DNA from: Balanoglossus misakiensis
Lineage: Eukaryota; Animalia; Hemichordata
Assembly (NCBI GenBank): GCA_040954595.2
Contig: CM082581.2
Span: 8,479,413 to 8,543,412 of the forward strand
Direction: 5' to 3'
DNA length: 64,000 bases
Below, one piece after another: positions 1 through 12,373 of this stretch (the first letter of the stretch is position 1; every line of letters begins with the position of its first letter). The notes below the pieces were generated by a model. The model ran no database searches. It worked only from the letters and a program-made list of their open reading frames with translations, and had not been told where the DNA came from. The position numbers were made by a program, and so were the translations under genes.

Positions 1-119
1 TAAAAAAAAACAATACTTAACAATGTACCATCTAACAGTGGAACATTTACTCCCTTTGACAATTCAATGTACCAATATAAAGATTAAAATATATCATTTA
101 TCTGTTGGATGTCTTGCAG

Positions 120-2453
120 AGTGAAGTTCCTGAGACGTTAGACCGTGAGAAAGTTGTGAAAACCCACAAAGCTGAACAGATTGCTTTCTACAACTATCTG
201 ATTTATTTGTTGATGCAACTGCAAGCTATACTGCACAGATATGAAAGGTGAGTGCTGTGTTTATGAAAGAATCAGGCAATCATATCGATAGATGGGGTAG
301 GGGTGACATGGATAGATTTGTACAGACGACAGTGCTTCAAGATACTTATATCAAAGAATTGTCCATATGTGACTGATATCTTTGGTCTCTCACAACAGAG
401 CTTTGACTACATGCAGTGTGGATCTGTACTGTAAAGTGGGAACTTTGTATCCAGAGATGGCACAGCATGAAAGGGCTTTGAATTATCTGATTGATCAGCT
501 GAGCAAGGAACAGGTAAGTGTGGTCTCTTTCCTTGAGCTTTTTATACAAAATCCATGGTAGCTGTCAACTGTGGTGTAGTCACGATGTACAACTTTAGTT
601 CTGGTTGGCAGATACATTTGTTTTTTGCTGCCTCCAGTAAAAATGAAATGAAAATGCAAAATCTCAATAAATGTCAAATGTCAAGATCAAATGAATGTAT
701 CTTTCCCTTCCTCCTCCAGCTTGATGAGCGTACTCCGCTGGAGACTTTACTGAAAGCCATTCAGTATTTCCAGCATCTGTTCAATGTCCACCTGGCCGGC
801 GAGGAGGTGGATTGCACCGAGATTGTCAACGACTTTGTCAAGCAGCTGACAGTGGCCTCTGAAAACGTGAACATCAACATCAAGAAGCTGAGAGTTCTGA
901 TGCAGGTAATGGGATGTGTTGTTTGACCTGGTTTCGTGTCTGTGTGGAGAGATGTGTCTTTTAACAACCAACATTTTATCATATTCCAGTTGCAAAACAC
1001 CATAATAGTAAATAATTGTTGTTTATATTTTTTTCAGTCTGGACAGGAGACAAGTGACTTTTGTATCTTGCTGAAGGATTTGGATAGTAGCAACACAGAT
1101 TTGAGACAGCTATCAAGAAGGGTGAGCCTAACAAACCATATTTCATTCAACATGGCACACTATGAATCATGACCAAAAGCTAATGATTAGAACAACGCCT
1201 CGCCTTATTATAACTGACATTCACCAATCTCTCTCAAATCATTCTTCCAGATCAAACGACGTCTCCCACAACAAGATTCCATGAACCCCCACTTGTACTT
1301 CAGCAAAGAGGTATGTCATGATTTGAACACTACACAACACGATATGAGGGTTCACACACCCAAGGAAATCCTGGAGTTTAGAAGAAAAAACACCCCTGGA
1401 ACTTTGAATGAAATTGATAGGAACTTTGTTGTATAACCATTTTGTGTTCACATGACACAGGTGCGGGAGTCACTAAAGGAATGCTTGGATCAATACGAGA
1501 AGGTAGTTCTGACCATGAAAGAAATGGGAACCAACATCATGGAACACGCTGCTGCTCTCCATGGTAAAAGCTTTACTGATCCTTGTGTCCTTTTGATGTA
1601 ACATTAGTAATATGATTTTGTTTCTGTTGTAATATTAATAGTTTCTGTAAGCAGTGCAGGCCAAAGTACAGCCTGCAATGCTAAATTGACAATTGATGAG
1701 CAAAACATTTTGCAAGAATCACTTTGTTGTCCAAAATGTATGGTGTCTAAATAGAGCTAACTTGCATGCTTATGTAGTGTCTACCTTGTCGGCTGTCGTT
1801 TTGTGATAAAATATCTGGAATATGCTTCATTGAATTACCACCCAAAATATTTCTGGTTTCATTTTTTATTTGTTGTGGTTTTTGTTTTCAAGAGGTAGCT
1901 TCCATTTAGATTTTGTTGCTTGTCATCCTGTGTGTATATCCCTGGTTGTTTATGTACTCCATATCCATGTATATTGTTAATCTTGTACTCATACATTGTA
2001 AATTGTAATTATGTCAATCATGTGTTAATTTTTCGATCTCATATCTCATTGTTTGTGACATGTACCACTCAGAAGGAACATTTCTGTGATACCCCTTGTC
2101 ATTTAATGTATCCCATCACGCATTTCTCCTTGCATTGTCTTTTTTGTTCTAGATGAGCTATTGTCTGGCGCAAACAGTCAGAGAGGTGACAAGAAACCCC
2201 AAGGTTTGTCTTAGCTGCTCTGCAGACACTGACCGTGGACTGAGTTTGGACACATGTCTAGTTTTATACAGCATGTGTGGTTGTGCATGCATGCGTTTAC
2301 TAACATAACATCTGTCTGCTTTTTACAGGTCTTTTTAGTCCTTTTGTTTTGACCTTTTAACGTTGAACTTTTCTCTCCTCAGTTCATTCACTGCCATGCT
2401 GCCTCACTGTTTCTCGTTGCCTAGCAGCAGCATCATTTAAGCTAATGTCTGAG

Positions 2454-2498
<45 letters not shown>

Positions 2499-5400
2499 AT
2501 ATGATCGATATTTCATTACAATTGTACCAACAGCAAACACTACTATTGAGTAGTTCATTATCTCTTTATACTCTTCCATAAGCCATCCACCATCTGTCCA
2601 TCATCTCTGTCTTTTATAAACCTATTTTATGTCATTTGCCATTCAGTATACCCAACTCTCCCATGCTCCATCCAAGACCAATCATACCCACCTCCACACC
2701 TATCAACACCCACCTCTGCACCCATATGCACCCACCTCATGAGCACCCATTCCCTGCACCTTCCCGACCACCCATTCACGCATCATGTACATCAAGAGGC
2801 ATCACACACGCTAAACATCACTTCATTCAGCAGTAGCAGCTGCAGCCGCTATCATGTGCATTGAGTTTCCCCTGTTAAAGATGATATAACTTCCTGCCTA
2901 GGACAGCTCTTCGTAGATTATCCTGCAGCAGCAGCATCTACTTTCATTGTTTGTTTTTTTGGTTTGCCTTCACTGCATGCGTTTGACTTCAGTTTGATAC
3001 TTGCTTTTCTGTTGCAGTTTTGACGAATGACAGTTTGATAGTTTCCTATAAAATGTCACTTATGAGCCTTGCATTTGAGCCAGCTGTTGCAAAAAATGGA
3101 TGAAAGTAGCCTGCATCGCACAATTGATCATGAAATTTTATCGTTTGAACTTTCCAAGCAAAAATGCAGCTTCACCCCCTGTTTGACTTGCACCCGCAAA
3201 GCCGTGGCTGAAAAAATTTACCTGTTTGGACTTGTTTATCATTCGAGGATGAAAATCATGAATTTTCCATGTTTTGTTGTGTTTTTTTCTGCTTGTGTGA
3301 CCTTAAATATTTCGCCTGTCAAAGTTTGTGCTTACAGCAACCTTCCAAAACCTGCAAATTTTGTTCACCAAATCAACCAGGAAATGGGAGAATGGTGTGA
3401 GCTGTAGACAACACACAAGTCATATAGCGGTGGTCACATCAACCAAATTTGTTTTGTACTTTACACTTCCATCCATTTTCTATTGCACAGGTAGATCTAA
3501 ATGGTTGGCTGGTGACTATTTTTGTAACTATTAACAAATGCGTAAATGATGTGTATACTACCAGTAGACTATGATAAGTTAGAAGAAGAATTGTGAATTT
3601 TATCAAGTGACAGTCACTGTAATCTTCAAACTGAGAGGACCAGTACCCTGAAATTCAGTTGTAGATGGAGACAGAATAGGCTTATGAAAGCTGCACATAC
3701 AGGGTATCAGAAAGGGGGAAAAACATAATTCTGACAGTTTTCTGTACATCACTTCACAACAGATAATGAAGGCATTCCAAACAAGAAGTTTGAAGAGATT
3801 GCTAGGCAGGCCTCCGAGACTGTCTATGGCAGAGAAGACAAGGGGCCTTTTGAAAGCCTAAGGTATGGATACAAGTGTTAAAAGTTGGGTAATGAACCTT
3901 TTGTTCAAGCCATTGAAATAGCAGATTCTTACCAGTGTCATAACAGCCAGACCAGAAATGGAGTGCATTTTGTAATCTACTTCAAATTCAGATTTCAAAT
4001 TCCATAACAATATATAACATCCCCATAAGCTAAGACTAAGTTTATTTGACAATCATCTACAGGACATCCTTCAGTAAGCTGATCGTAACTGTGAACAAGA
4101 TATCCACTGCCATACAGGAAGGTGACTACGATGCTAAGGAATCACAAGATCCTAAGGTGAGAGGGAAAATTGTGCTAAGGCCAAAGAAATGTGTAGTTTC
4201 AATGAAATTCGTTCCAAAAATACTGTGGGTAGGGATGGAATACTTGACTGTGTGATACATGCTGACACCATAATTTATGAAAACTCGCAATTTTTTTTTT
4301 CTTCTGTTGACAGGGTCCAACACCTGTTGCCCGTCGTGCTGCTCAGATCAAATCTGAAATGTGTGACATGGAAGGACTTGGGCTGAAGATCGAAGCCAAG
4401 GATAATGACATCAAAGAGCTGAAACGACTTCTGAAACTAAAGGTGAACACTAAATTGAACAGAAATTTGGAAATTTATTGTGTTGTATATGTGATTGTAG
4501 TGTGATATGAACTCGGTGAATTTTTCCACTTTTCAGCAAGAGGAGGTCAGTGAGGCCGGCATCAGATTGGGATTGGTGGAGAAAAAATTGGAGAATGCCA
4601 CCAAGGACACGGACGAGAAAGTTGATAAAATTCAGAAGAAACTGCAGGAGACGCAACAGACACTGAAAAAGAGAGAGAGGTAAGTCAGGAGTACCGCCAA
4701 GTTTCGGAATTTGAATTCCGGAACGTATTGATCAAAATTACCTGTAATGTATCTGAACATTGTGGTGATAATTTCACTGCATTGCTAGTATAATTGCTTA
4801 AATCTATTGTCTGGTAAATAGTACACCTCTTGCTACCAACCCAATTGATGATCATGTTTTTAATCCCCCCCCCTCCCTCCCCAGGGAGTTTGATGAGACC
4901 CTGGATCACATGCAAGGTGATATCGATGCCTTGGAACGCGAGAAAGGAGAACTGAAAACCCGACTGAATACACTGTCCAAGAAGACACTGCTGGAAGGTC
5001 TGAGTCATCGCCAGGGAGGCCAGCAGTCTGGCATTGCAGCTGTGCTGGCAGGGGCCGTGTCTGCTCCAGGTAGGTGAAGTCAGAAATTCCAAGCTGAGAT
5101 AATTTCTGATGTACATGTATTTATCATTTCTGCGGATCAGGTTGTTGGGATGGGTGTGTACCTGACATGAGAAATAAGACAGCATGTCCTTGACAACTTT
5201 GTTTTTATTTCAGGAGGTGCTACTCAGGGTGCAGGCGAAGGTCATGTCGCTGTCAAGGACTCTCCCATGTTGGTGCAGCAGATAGAAGCTTTGAAGTCTG
5301 CCATCCGCTATCTGAAGAACGAAAATACGAGGTTGAAGGCAGCCAAGATGAAAGTAGGAAATGCTTTGATGTTGATCACAGTGATATGTACTTCTGTGAA

Positions 5401-6680
5401 ACCTGGAAACTCGCTCATAAAACTTTCTCTCTCTCTCTGTTTCTCTCTCACCCACACACACTTGCATATACAAGCGTGTGTATGCATGCATGTATGCATG
5501 CACACAAAACTCACTCAACAACAACGTAATAACATTGGTATTTAACGCAAATCCCAATATCTCTGTCTTCAACAGAACATATACAATTTACCGCCACTCA
5601 TTGTACCCAAGAAGCCAACTGGTCTGGCCAGTGCAACAGGGTTTGTTTCTCTGGAGTCAGAGACAACCCAAGCAAGCCCTACAAAACCGCGACAACTGAT
5701 TAAACTGGTCCGAAGTACCAACAAAGTGGCACAGGTGAGATATTTTTCGCAGTATAAAGTTTGTGGAATTTTTTTTGTTAAGTAAAAAAATATCATGGAA
5801 GAATAGTTGCTGGAGTATTTTATAGGGGCAAAGCAGTGGTTAGAATTCAGTATTTCTGCAACTTGTTTCCTCAGGAATTGGAAGAACTCAGTGCCTGTCC
5901 GAAAGTGGTCGACATCACAAAGCGCAAAACTGGGCAAGTGCCAGTGGTCACCAAGGCAACACCGAGAAATCAACTGCAGGAATCTACAGCTAGGATTAAT
6001 GATGTTAGCAACTACGTCTTCCAGGTAAAAACCACTGAAATTGTGCCACTTGTTCAGTTTGTGCTCAGCCCTTGTGTGGAAGCAGTCTGAGCTGGTACTT
6101 TTTACATGTAACTCTGCCATGACACATAGCAATAGATCAAGGGCATTAACTAAAAGCATTGCTAATTTTTTTACAGCTTCAGGAGGAAATTCACAAGTTG
6201 CTGACAAGACAGAAAGTGGGAGCCCAAGCCAAAAGTGATTTTTCAGAATTTACTTCAACATCTTACACGAAGGTATGTAGTCAAAATGCAAAAATCATCC
6301 AAATAAGTTTGAAAGTTATCAATGGTTTTAATGGTGCTGAATAGCTGATTCTTCGAGCTGATTCTTCGAAAATGATCTGTTCAGTTGTGAGATTCAGTTT
6401 CTGGAAGTACCACAGCCATGGAGTCACATACATTGTACATGTACTTTGCTCCCTTTTGCTGCTTGCAGTTGACATATTGACGACGTCTGCATGTCTCGGT
6501 GTTTAACAGAAACTCAATATGAACATCTTGTTCTGTGCACAGGTCTTACAACAGAAGTCGTCGCCACCATGCATCGGTAGAATTACCATACCAGCAGGCA
6601 AGACGGACAAGCCACAAGTCGTGTCGTTGAACTTACAGCCTCATCAATTACACCAAATTCATAGGGCATTTGTCATGTGA
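120..6680 (+). CDS. DCTN1: Dynactin subunit 1 (p150Glued), 3' portion; the gene starts upstream of the window
   Basis: Spliced GT-AG exons: ~120-247, 399-513, 720-905, 1038-1121, 1251-1310, 1461-1563, 3763-3862, 4063-4156, 4314-4442, 4537-4679, 4885-5069, 5214-5353, 5576-5734, 5875-6024, 6177-6272, 6543-6680 (TGA). The peptides [92 protein letters not shown] and the C-terminal QLHQIHRAFVM match the p150Glued Dynactin domain, coiled coil 2 and C-terminus. The start of the first exon is approximate. Confidence 0.95.
2153..2203 (+). CDS. DCTN1: Candidate 51-nt cassette exon of DCTN1 (DELLSGANSQRGDKKPQ)
   Basis: Polypyrimidine acceptor (ctttttttgttctag-type), donor AAG|GTTTGT, phase 1-1, no stop in frame, located in the only long intron of the visible gene. 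Confidence 0.6.
2457..2498. repeat. (TCA)14 microsatellite in DCTN1 intron
   Basis: Perfect trinucleotide run read directly from the sequence. Confidence 0.95.
3491..3511 (+). CDS. DCTN1: Candidate 21-nt microexon of DCTN1 (GRSKWLA)
   Basis: Acceptor ccattttctatTGCacag, donor CTG|GTGACT, phase 1-1, frame preserving. Confidence 0.45.
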
Positions 6681-8957
6681 TTTTAATCATAGATCTAGTA
6701 ATCAGAAATGTAACTAACGGCACAGTTAATAATAACTTAAAAATTTGCACTAGTAGTAGGGTATTTTAATGTGATAGGAGCTGCAATACTTATGGTCACA
6801 GTCATAGAAACTTGGTAGTCGTGCAAGCATCAATATTACAATTATTGAGAAATCAAGGTAAACTACAGAAATACACTATTTTTTTTTCTACAACCAAATA
6901 AGTCTGCCAAAACAGAATTTTCCTCCACTTTCAAATGTGTAATCGTGATCATTGTCTAACATGATTACTTGATAGTGGAGAACTTTCTGAAATTACTCTT
7001 AAATTTGCAAAATACAGATTTTATGGTCGTATTGCCATACTTAATTTCTTGCAATGAATGAATCAATGGTGATTGTCCTGAATATAAACAACTGTGAAGT
7101 AAAAAACCAACAAGTTTCATTTTGTTTTCTTTGATACATTTTTGTGCGCAAAACTCTTCCTTTTCTTGCATTTGTCAACTGAGATCATTTGATATTTGTT
7201 TTTATTCATTTCATCATTAGGTTAAGATTTTGCTTTCTTTGTGTTCATTTAAAAATATTTTCCACGTAAGTTATTTTTGAGAGCACTATTTTTCGCATTT
7301 TTTTTTAAAAATACAACTAAAACAAGTCAAGAAGCTCAACAGCAACTCTGGATATATATTGGCTTTTCTCTCAAATTAAATGTGCTTGATGTATTTGTGC
7401 TTCTTGATTAGTTTTGGTTGTAGAGACATTTGCCCAGTCTCAGAGGGTCTTTCCAGTGTGCTCATATCATCATTTAATTTAATTGAAACCAAGTGTAGTT
7501 GTAGACGCTGATAGTTTATACACATGGCTAGGGAGTCTCATTAAATGTCAAAATATCATCAAACACTGTGTAACTGTCTATCAATTATGTCCATCATGTT
7601 TTAATGCTGAGCATGTGAGGGCACTTCCCCTATCACCGACACTAGGAAGTTCATGGTGCCAATATGCACAGGTGATTTGCAGGTAATGTTGCTCATCTTT
7701 GCGGGTAGAATTTGACAAGCCAAGCCCAGTTTGCAACCTTTTTAGCCTCAAGGGGGCGCTCCATTTGCATTCTTTGATCACTGATAATTGGGCAATGCAA
7801 TGAAAAACACCACACTGGTTCCACTTACATTTAACATCTTTTACTTCAAAAGTTAAACACCTACAAAATAACTAAAAACGTAATTTTACTTCACCAAGCG
7901 TCTCAATTTGGTAGAAGGTGTACTTGATAAAATCTGCATAGAAATGTTTTGTTTGTGTGTGCAGGTATATACACAGTGACATAGCTCGACTCTTAACAGT
8001 TTAACACAAATGTGGTTGCCCATAAACATGATGTCTAGTGTTACATTCAAAAAGTAAACAACATTTGTTCAATTAAACTCATTTTTGCCCCTGATGAAGG
8101 CCATGATAAGAAAACAGTTATTTTTTTAGAACATGAAAATATTCAAGGCTGGACTCGCCAGAAACAAGACTACAACTACATGAATTTACTAGAGAACAGT
8201 CATCTCAACATAATTCAAACTTCCTAATTCTCCAGCATTTTTGCAAACTATAATGCATCTTTTTGTACGACTATGATTAGCTTTATGTAGGTATTTCTGA
8301 AAGTGCAGACAAACATGATAAGCAATTCTCTAATTGTATAAAAGTTCTCCACTTTCTGGCATCCAAAAATAATGTTCAAATAAACAGAGTGGGTGTGGTG
8401 TGGTGTAATAGAAAAATATTATCTAACTAAATATATACATTCGAAAACCTAATTTGCTACTATAAATAAATATATATATAAATGAAAAAAAAAAATAAAA
8501 CAAGAAAACAAGGAAGATTGCTCTGGAAACCACAAAAAATATTTTGAAAAATATATATTTTATAAATAACATTTCTCAAAGACAAAAACACGCAGGAACA
8601 ATGGAACTGAACAAAAATAAACACTGGGTCGTGTTCATGAGAAAAAATGTAAGGTAAACTTGTCGCGTTAAAAAAACACCACAAATCTCATGTCAACTGG
8701 TCACACCAATATCTGTAAGATATCTGTGCCATCTGGACCAAATTCTTAAACAACTGAATTTGAGACATGAAGACAACTCTCTCCGATGATTGTAGACACT
8801 GAATACTTCTCTGGAAATGTATGCCCACGTCACATGTTTTGCCTCGGGAAAAGGGACAACTGAACAGCTTGGGTGACGAGCAAACATTTGGGCTCTGCCA
8901 AAAGGTCAGAGATTTGGTGGACCAGATTGCCACAGAGCAGCATTCACAGGACAGATT

Positions 8958-10900
8958 TCACTGGTTTCTAATCTCTTGCTCTCTTTCCCTTGCTACTCTG
9001 TCTCTCATGCTGCGGCCACTGCCCAACCCACCATAGGGGTTGTACCTATCTCGACTTGGCTGCGGGCGAGTGACCCTGCTCGCCACCTTACCGTACCTGG
9101 TTGGGGTGGTTTGGGGCGGAAGCATGAGGGCGCTAGGCAACTCCTGCACGGGCACAAAGGCCTGGCTGAAGTCAAGATACGGCAACTGTGACGCGTTGTA
9201 ACCAGAGGCCGACAGGGGCCGTTGTGCGGCAACGTGGGGGGACATGTACAGAGCAGAGCCTGTTGATAACGCCCCGTGTCTGATCGGACCGCCGTAACGC
9301 TCCTCAGCGGTCCGGGAATGATTGCCGTACTGCAGGCTTGGGGAGCAACTTTGGGCATACTGGAGAAATGCCTGTGCGCAATACATGTAGTCCTTGCCAC
9401 GGTTGCCCCGGGCGCCTGTACGCGCATTCGAGAAAGAGCGCAAATCGAGCTGAGACTCGCTCTGAGAGCGAACGTGCCTGCTGCTTCGTCTGGCATCACG
9501 TTCAGCTGGTGGATCAACGGTGATCAACCTGGGCACCCCAAGTCCCCACGCATTGGCCAGGTGCGACAAAACCAGATTGGTGATGCGCCGGTGGGCTCTT
9601 TCGTTCCAGTGAATGCCGTCCATCGCCCTCCTGTGAATTTGCCAGCGGAAGTAGTAATGCAAATCGAGAACATCGTAACCGAAGGAGGCCACCGTCTCTC
9701 GCGCGTAGTAATTGGCTTCTAAAATATCTAATCTCAGGGTTTCGTTCATGAACGCCACCTCGGGGACCATAAAGCCGCCCTTGACGCTGCTCGACACGGG
9801 CATGGTCGTGTTCCACAGCACCATGGTTTGGGGTGGCAAGACCTCTTTGAAGCGCTGGAACAGCTTCACCAGGTTGGTCTTGTACTTTGGAATCGATGTG
9901 TGTCCGTATCGGGTGATGTCCCACAGGCAGGAGTTCATGATGATCACATCGGGATGCGGTGCCTCCATCAGATCCGACAGGACCGTTTCAACGTACTTCC
10001 CATACACACGGGTCAGGAAATAGAATCTACAACGAAAGAAAGGTGTAAAATTAATACATACATGAAATGAAGAATGCTCCTTGAAAGAGAGAATTTTGCC
10101 CAACTGTTTCTAAACATTATGCCCTGTTTGTTCATCAAACTCATATGGGGAGAGATGCCCCAACCAGACCAACCTCATAAGGTGATAATCAGTTCGGTAC
10201 TGCCTGACTTCTCTGTAGTAAGTACCATTATTTAACCCTCCTTTTCTACCACCTTCCAAGAGCTCATCTCTGGAAAATGACAGCTCACCCTGGAACGAGA
10301 AATGAAAAGTCACCACATCAGACCATTACATCATGGTTGTATTTACAGTGCTCCCTGACAGACAATCTACAAAATATGACACCGTGAAATTAACAACTAA
10401 GCATTAAGAAACGTACCTTCTTCCTCAGTTCTTGATCGCTGAGAAATCTGTTTTCTTGTAACAACACCGTAAGGTCCTTGTAGATTGTTCTCTGCACTAA
10501 TGACACACAAAAATGCAACCTGGTTAACACTGTATGCAGAAATAAGCAAGTAGTGTCATCAATACTCCCCTCAGTCACGTCAAGGAGCTAGATCATAGAT
10601 ACCTCAGTTTCCCTTTTATAGAAACTAAACTTCTGTGTCATGTACCAGTCTAGTATAATGTCAACCCATACATGTACCTACAGTTTCTTGCAGTGTTGTG
10701 TAAGTGTGACAATGTCTGACTGGTCATATTAACCGTGGCACTCAGTGTGACAAGAACAGCAAAATACAGCACAGGTTAAAAGGCAGAGCCTATCTCTACA
10801 TATTAGATGAACTTTTACCTGAATCGCCGAGGATAACAATGAACTTATTCCTAAGAAGTTTCTGGACGTCCTCCTTCAGAAAGACTGCTTGGCGTTCCAT
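8958..10900 (-). CDS. PCED1A: PC-esterase domain-containing protein 1 (PCED1A/B, FAM113)-like SGNH hydrolase, ~448 aa
   Basis: Exons 10900-10819, 10496-10417, 10289-10174 and 10026-8958. Protein [36 protein letters not shown]...REVRQYRTDYHLMRFYFLTRVY...PDVIIMNSCLWDITRYG...DVLDLHYYFR...DGIHWN has the GDS and DxxH motifs typical of FAM113, followed by a low-complexity C-terminal tail. Confidence 0.92.
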
Positions 10901-12373
10901 TGCAAACCTATGGCACGAATTCTATATTATTTTAGGGTATTCAGCTCGTATAAAACTCACTCGAGTCACTGTTTACTTACAGAAAAAGAAAATCAAGACT
11001 TCCGCAAAAATTGGCGCATGCGTAAAGCAGTTGGGTAGTCAATTTCGTTCGAATCATAAATGTGTTGAATTTCCCTACGAGAACGTAATATGAAATATAT
11101 TTGTACGAGTTTAAAGACGAAAATCGATCCAAAGGGTTAGAGGAAGTGATGTTCAAACTTGTCATCATCAGATTCACTGTCCACTAGCATTACGCACTGA
11201 GAATTCAGTCCATCAATGATCAACCCGTACGTCGTCACCAGGCAGAAAACTGTCTGCTCTGTCACTTGCGTTTTCTGGATCTCTTGAGAATTATTTGATA
11301 AATAACAAAATAAAAACCACTCCAGTTATCTGGCGACTGAAAAGACATTTTACATTAAATCGTAACTTTATTTTGCAAGGGGGTAAATGGTGAAAACTGT
11401 ACCATACAACTAACTTACCTGTGATGTAAACAAGTGATATCTTCGCTTTTAAATGCAACCGTTGCAACCTTGATCCTATATTGGTGCGTTTTTCCCATCA
11501 TGCCCTCTACCTCGGACTGGTGATTGTCTCTTGTATAAAGTGTGTGTAATGCACATATCCTCCTCTGAATAAACGTAAATAAGCTTTCTCGATTTTCAAG
11601 AACAAGGCTTCAAGTTCAGGTTAAAGTATTTTATTTACAACTTCTGTGTTTGAATACTGCTTTGATTCGTTTTGTAGACAGAGTATAGTGAAAGAGCGCC
11701 ATCACCGACATGCTTCCCGGGTGCTGATACCGCCAGGGTCTTCCGCCCACTCCTCACGGTCGCGATGATCGGAAGACACAAATATGCTCCACAAAAGGAC
11801 CGAAGGCCACTGGTACTGTTTTTCTTATGATCGTCAACGGCATAGCCGTCTACGGCTAACATTTATACATTTTTATAAGCTATAGACTGCACGTTACGAC
11901 ACCGTTGTAAGGCCTAGGCTAAACAGATCCAAAACAGTACAACTAAACCGTAACGGCGGAAAATTAAACAAAAATGTAGTGTCCGAGGAAATTACAAACA
12001 AGTAGCTAACTTTTGAATCGGTAGAAAATTCAATAAAAGTATCATTCAACGTACAGTTTCGCAGTCCGACAATGAGATTTTAATCGCGGATCCCTACTGA
12101 ATGGATTTGAATCATGAAATGAACTTTAGGCCTTTTTTCGCTGGACAATCGACCTGTATAGTTTGAATTGGTGCTGAAAATTTGTGGTAAAAGTAACTTT
12201 TTATTTTACATAACAAGTATTATCACGTTTACATTTTAAAAATTATTATGTCACTGTGCATTCTCATTGGCGAGAAGTTGTGCCGAAGACGCTTCTGTTG
12301 TCATGGTTTATAGTTTGTGGGGGCGGGGTTTCGCACATTTACAAACCACCATGCTAGGGAGTCTGCAATCAAC
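10901..12373. promoter_or_regulatory. Divergent (bidirectional) promoter / 5'UTR region between PCED1 and ADISSP
   Basis: Head-to-head ATGs 1.47 kb apart. NRF1-like GCGCATGCGT at ~11014, inverted CCAAT (ATTGG) at ~12266, GC box GGGGCGGGG at ~12320. Minus-strand donors at 10980 and ~11418 and an acceptor at 10908 suggest PCED1 5'UTR exons. Confidence 0.6.

Noticed and set aside
2636-2836. His/Pro-rich 66-aa ORF in the DCTN1 intron
   Set aside because: A by-product of C/A-skewed sequence; there is no usable donor and the phase-1 reading ends in a stop
3018-3032. Possible 15-nt microexon after gttgcag
   Set aside because: The donor ACA|GTTTGA is too weak to support
4685-6207. Long minus-strand ORFs (166, 120 and 212 aa)
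   Set aside because: Antisense to DCTN1 exons and introns, with no domain-like content
9005-10070. Several overlapping 60-170 aa ORFs on both strands
   Set aside because: Shadow ORFs of the GC-rich PCED1 terminal exon with no recognisable protein features
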